Assembly: GCA_036386835.1 (NCBI GenBank)
Contig: DASVUX010000028.1
Span: 66,095 to 130,094 of the forward strand
Direction: 5' to 3'
DNA length: 64,000 bases
Origin: Bacteroidia bacterium
GTDB taxonomy: Bacteria; Bacteroidota; Bacteroidia; 2-12-FULL-35-15
Made by a program: the position numbers and the translations under genes. Shown here piece by piece: positions 62,043 to 64,000 of the stretch. Below the pieces are notes generated by a model. It searched no databases. It saw only the letters and a program-made list of their open reading frames with translations, and was not told the DNA's origin. How positions within the stretch are numbered: position 1 is the first letter of the stretch; each line of letters begins with the position of its first letter.

Positions 62043-63905
62043 TTAATCTATCAACTCCACGCTGCGTTTGATAAAGCGGGTCAGTTCCTCTCCTTTTAAA
62101 AGGCCCTGCGACAACATTGCCAAATCAGCAGTTTGCTTTGTCAGGTCTTTTTGCCTCTGCTCATCCTTTTCATTAAGGATCTTGGAGATAAGAGGATGAT
62201 TGCTGTTCACCACCAGGTTATGCATATCAGGCAATGAACCGTAAAAATTCATTCCACCTCCGCCCATTGCGCTCATGTCCTTCATCCTTCTCATGAACTC
62301 CGGTTTTGTAATGATCATCGGAGCATCCTTTTCGCTCAGGCTTTCGAAGCTCACCGTGAACTTTTCTTTAGGGACAACGGACTCGACCACCGGCTTTAGT
62401 TTACCCTGTTCCTCTTCAGTAAGTTTAGACGGCTGGGAATCCTCCTTCTTGATCAGCTTTTCTATCGTGTCGGCATCCACCCTTACAAATGAAGTGTTCT
62501 GAAGTTTTGATTCCAGCTGGTTTATATAATGGGAATCGATCGGGCTGTCGAATACAAGCACATCATAACCCCGATCAACGGCCGTTTGTATAAAGCTGTG
62601 CTGTTCCTCGGTATTTGTAGTGTATAAATAAATGACACGGTTATCTTTATCGGTTTGTAAAGGCTTCACTTTTTCAGCATACTCCTCCAATGTAGAGAAC
62701 TTACCTTCGGTATTTCTTACCAATGCAAATTTCTGGGCTTTATCATAGAATTTCTCCTCGGACAGCATTCCATACTGGACAAACACTTTTATATCTTCCC
62801 ATTTCGATTCAAAATCAGCACGATCCTTTTTAAAGATCTCTTCCAGCTTATCCGCAACCTTTTTAGTGATGTGAGCGGAGATCTTTTTCACATTGCCATC
62901 GCTTTGAAGGTAGCTGCGGCTGACATTCAAAGGAATATCCGGTGAATCGATCACCCCCTGAAGCAGTGAAAGGAAATCCGGTACGATGTTCTCCACCGAA
63001 TCGGTAACAAAAACCTGGTTACTGTAAAGCTGGATCTTATCCTTCTGCATTTCAAATGCTTTTTTCAGCTTAGGGAAATACAGGATTCCCGTAAGATTGA
63101 AAGGATAATCAACATTAAGGTGAATATGGAACAAAGGATCTTCAAAATTCATCGGGTAGAGCTCGCGATAAAATTTCTTATAGTCCTCATCCCTGAGGTC
63201 TGCCGGCTTTTTTGTCCAGGCTGGGCTTGGGTTGTTAATGATATTGTCAACTTCCACTTCGTTGTCCTTCTCTCCTTCTTTCTTTGTACCGAATTTTATC
63301 TCTACCGGGAGGAACTTGCAATATTTTGTGAGAAGCTGGCTGATCCTGTACTGCTCAAGGAATTCCTCCGAATTTTCCGCTATATGCAACACGATGTCTG
63401 TTCCGCGCTCAGTTTTGGAACCATCTTCCAGCTTATAATCAGGGCTGCCATCACATTCCCAATGAACCGCAGTAGCCCCTTCCTTATGGGAAAGCGAAAA
63501 GATCTCCACTTTCTTAGCGACCATGAAAGCCGAATAGAACCCTAATCCGAAATGCCCGATGATGGCATTCGCTTCAGGTGTTTTATCCTTGTACTTATTT
63601 ACAAACTCTTCCGCTCCGCTGAAAGCTATCTGGGTGATGTATTTCTCAATCTCCTCCGCTGTCATCCCTACACCTTTATCCCTGATGGTTAGTGTTTTTG
63701 CAGCAGCATCAATGGAAACCTCCACTTTTATATCATCCAGGACCGCTTTCGATTCTCCAAGGGCAACAAGAGTTTTAAGTTTTTGAGTAGCATCTACAGC
63801 GTTGGAAACAAGCTCCCGCAGGAAGATCTCATGATCGCTGTAAAGAAATTTCTTAATGATCGGGAAGATGTTCTCTGTTTGTACGTTTATTTTTCCGGTT
63901 GACAT
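62043..63905 (-). CDS. htpG: Molecular chaperone HtpG (Hsp90)
   Basis: 'FLRELVSNAVDATQKL' GHKL ATPase N-domain and the characteristic ~620-aa length. Confidence 0.95.
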   Translation of the reverse strand: MSTGKINVQTENIFPIIKKFLYSDHEIFLRELVSNAVDATQKLKTLVALGESKAVLDDIKVEVSIDAAAKTLTIRDKGVGMTAEEIEKYITQIAFSGAEEFVNKYKDKTPEANAIIGHFGLGFYSAFMVAKKVEIFSLSHKEGATAVHWECDGSPDYKLEDGSKTERGTDIVLHIAENSEEFLEQYRISQLLTKYCKFLPVEIKFGTKKEGEKDNEVEVDNIINNPSPAWTKKPADLRDEDYKKFYRELYPMNFEDPLFHIHLNVDYPFNLTGILYFPKLKKAFEMQKDKIQLYSNQVFVTDSVENIVPDFLSLLQGVIDSPDIPLNVSRSYLQSDGNVKKISAHITKKVADKLEEIFKKDRADFESKWEDIKVFVQYGMLSEEKFYDKAQKFALVRNTEGKFSTLEEYAEKVKPLQTDKDNRVIYLYTTNTEEQHSFIQTAVDRGYDVLVFDSPIDSHYINQLESKLQNTSFVRVDADTIEKLIKKEDSQPSKLTEEEQGKLKPVVESVVPKEKFTVSFESLSEKDAPMIITKPEFMRRMKDMSAMGGGGMNFYGSLPDMHNLVVNSNHPLISKILNEKDEQRQKDLTKQTADLAMLSQGLLKGEELTRFIKRSVELID

Positions 63906-64000
63906 ATCGTGTATAGTTTAAAGTTATTTAATAAGTTTTTAAAGCGGCAATTCCCTTTCAAAGCATATGCCAGCGGGGATCGGCTGACAACTTGGCGGAG

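Noticed and set aside
1-64000. Search for tRNA, rRNA or CRISPR arrays
   Set aside because: No tRNA-like acceptor/T-arm motif (GTTCRANYC preceded by a complementary arm) occurs in any intergenic spacer. No rRNA-like stretches. No regularly spaced direct repeats. The only repeats are the irregular palindromic family reported above.

Overview
This 64 kb window appears to be chromosomal DNA from a Bacteroidota bacterium, with a Chitinophagia/Sphingobacteriia-like gene content. The evidence is a T9SS type-B C-terminal sorting domain with the 'FTPNGDGKND' motif, a GxxExxY protein, a PorV/PorQ-like barrel, Bacteroidetes-style 'TAnnTTTG' promoter boxes, and the absence of Shine-Dalgarno sequences. 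I found no rRNA, tRNA or CRISPR. Coding density is high, with roughly 60 genes, mixing housekeeping and accessory functions.

Housekeeping content:
- A syntenic hpt–adk–obg block and purE.
- htpG, a threonine aldolase, an acyl-CoA ligase, an ABC-F ATPase, a rhomboid protease, crcB, two tandem PAP2 phosphatases, a PafA-like alkaline phosphatase, and MFS and MATE transporters.
- A TonB-dependent receptor and a LemA–TPM–TPM stress cluster.

Accessory and unusual content:
- Two tandem paralogous periplasmic TPR / PD40 beta-propeller / SPOR-domain giants flanking a ywbE-like gene.
- A tandem-AAA+ (CbbX/SpoVK-like) 876-aa ATPase with an internally duplicated N-terminal domain of unknown function.
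- A DUF58 – transglutaminase (TgpA-like) – MoxR operon followed by a secreted helical protein.
- An outer-membrane barrel plus a helix-hairpin-helix outer-membrane protein pair.
- A fructosamine-kinase gene broken by a single-base frameshift.
- An adenylate kinase carrying a ~200-aa histone-H1-like lysine/alanine-repeat tail.
- A family of short palindromic intergenic repeats ('TGTCATTTCGAGCgGAGTCGaGAAAT' and its inverse) in three convergent 3' regions.
- An AT-rich islet carrying an S41 peptidase, a higB/higA toxin-antitoxin pair and an orphan gene.
- A tandem array of four small paralogous cysteine-patterned, threonine-rich lipoprotein genes (58.6–59.9 kb), each with duplicated promoter or leader sequences and flanked by strong terminators.

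No recognisable defence system (restriction-modification, CRISPR, Abi) is present. I consider the lipoprotein array, the Adk–H1 fusion, the duplicated-domain AAA+ protein and the barrel/HhH pair the most likely to be undescribed biology.
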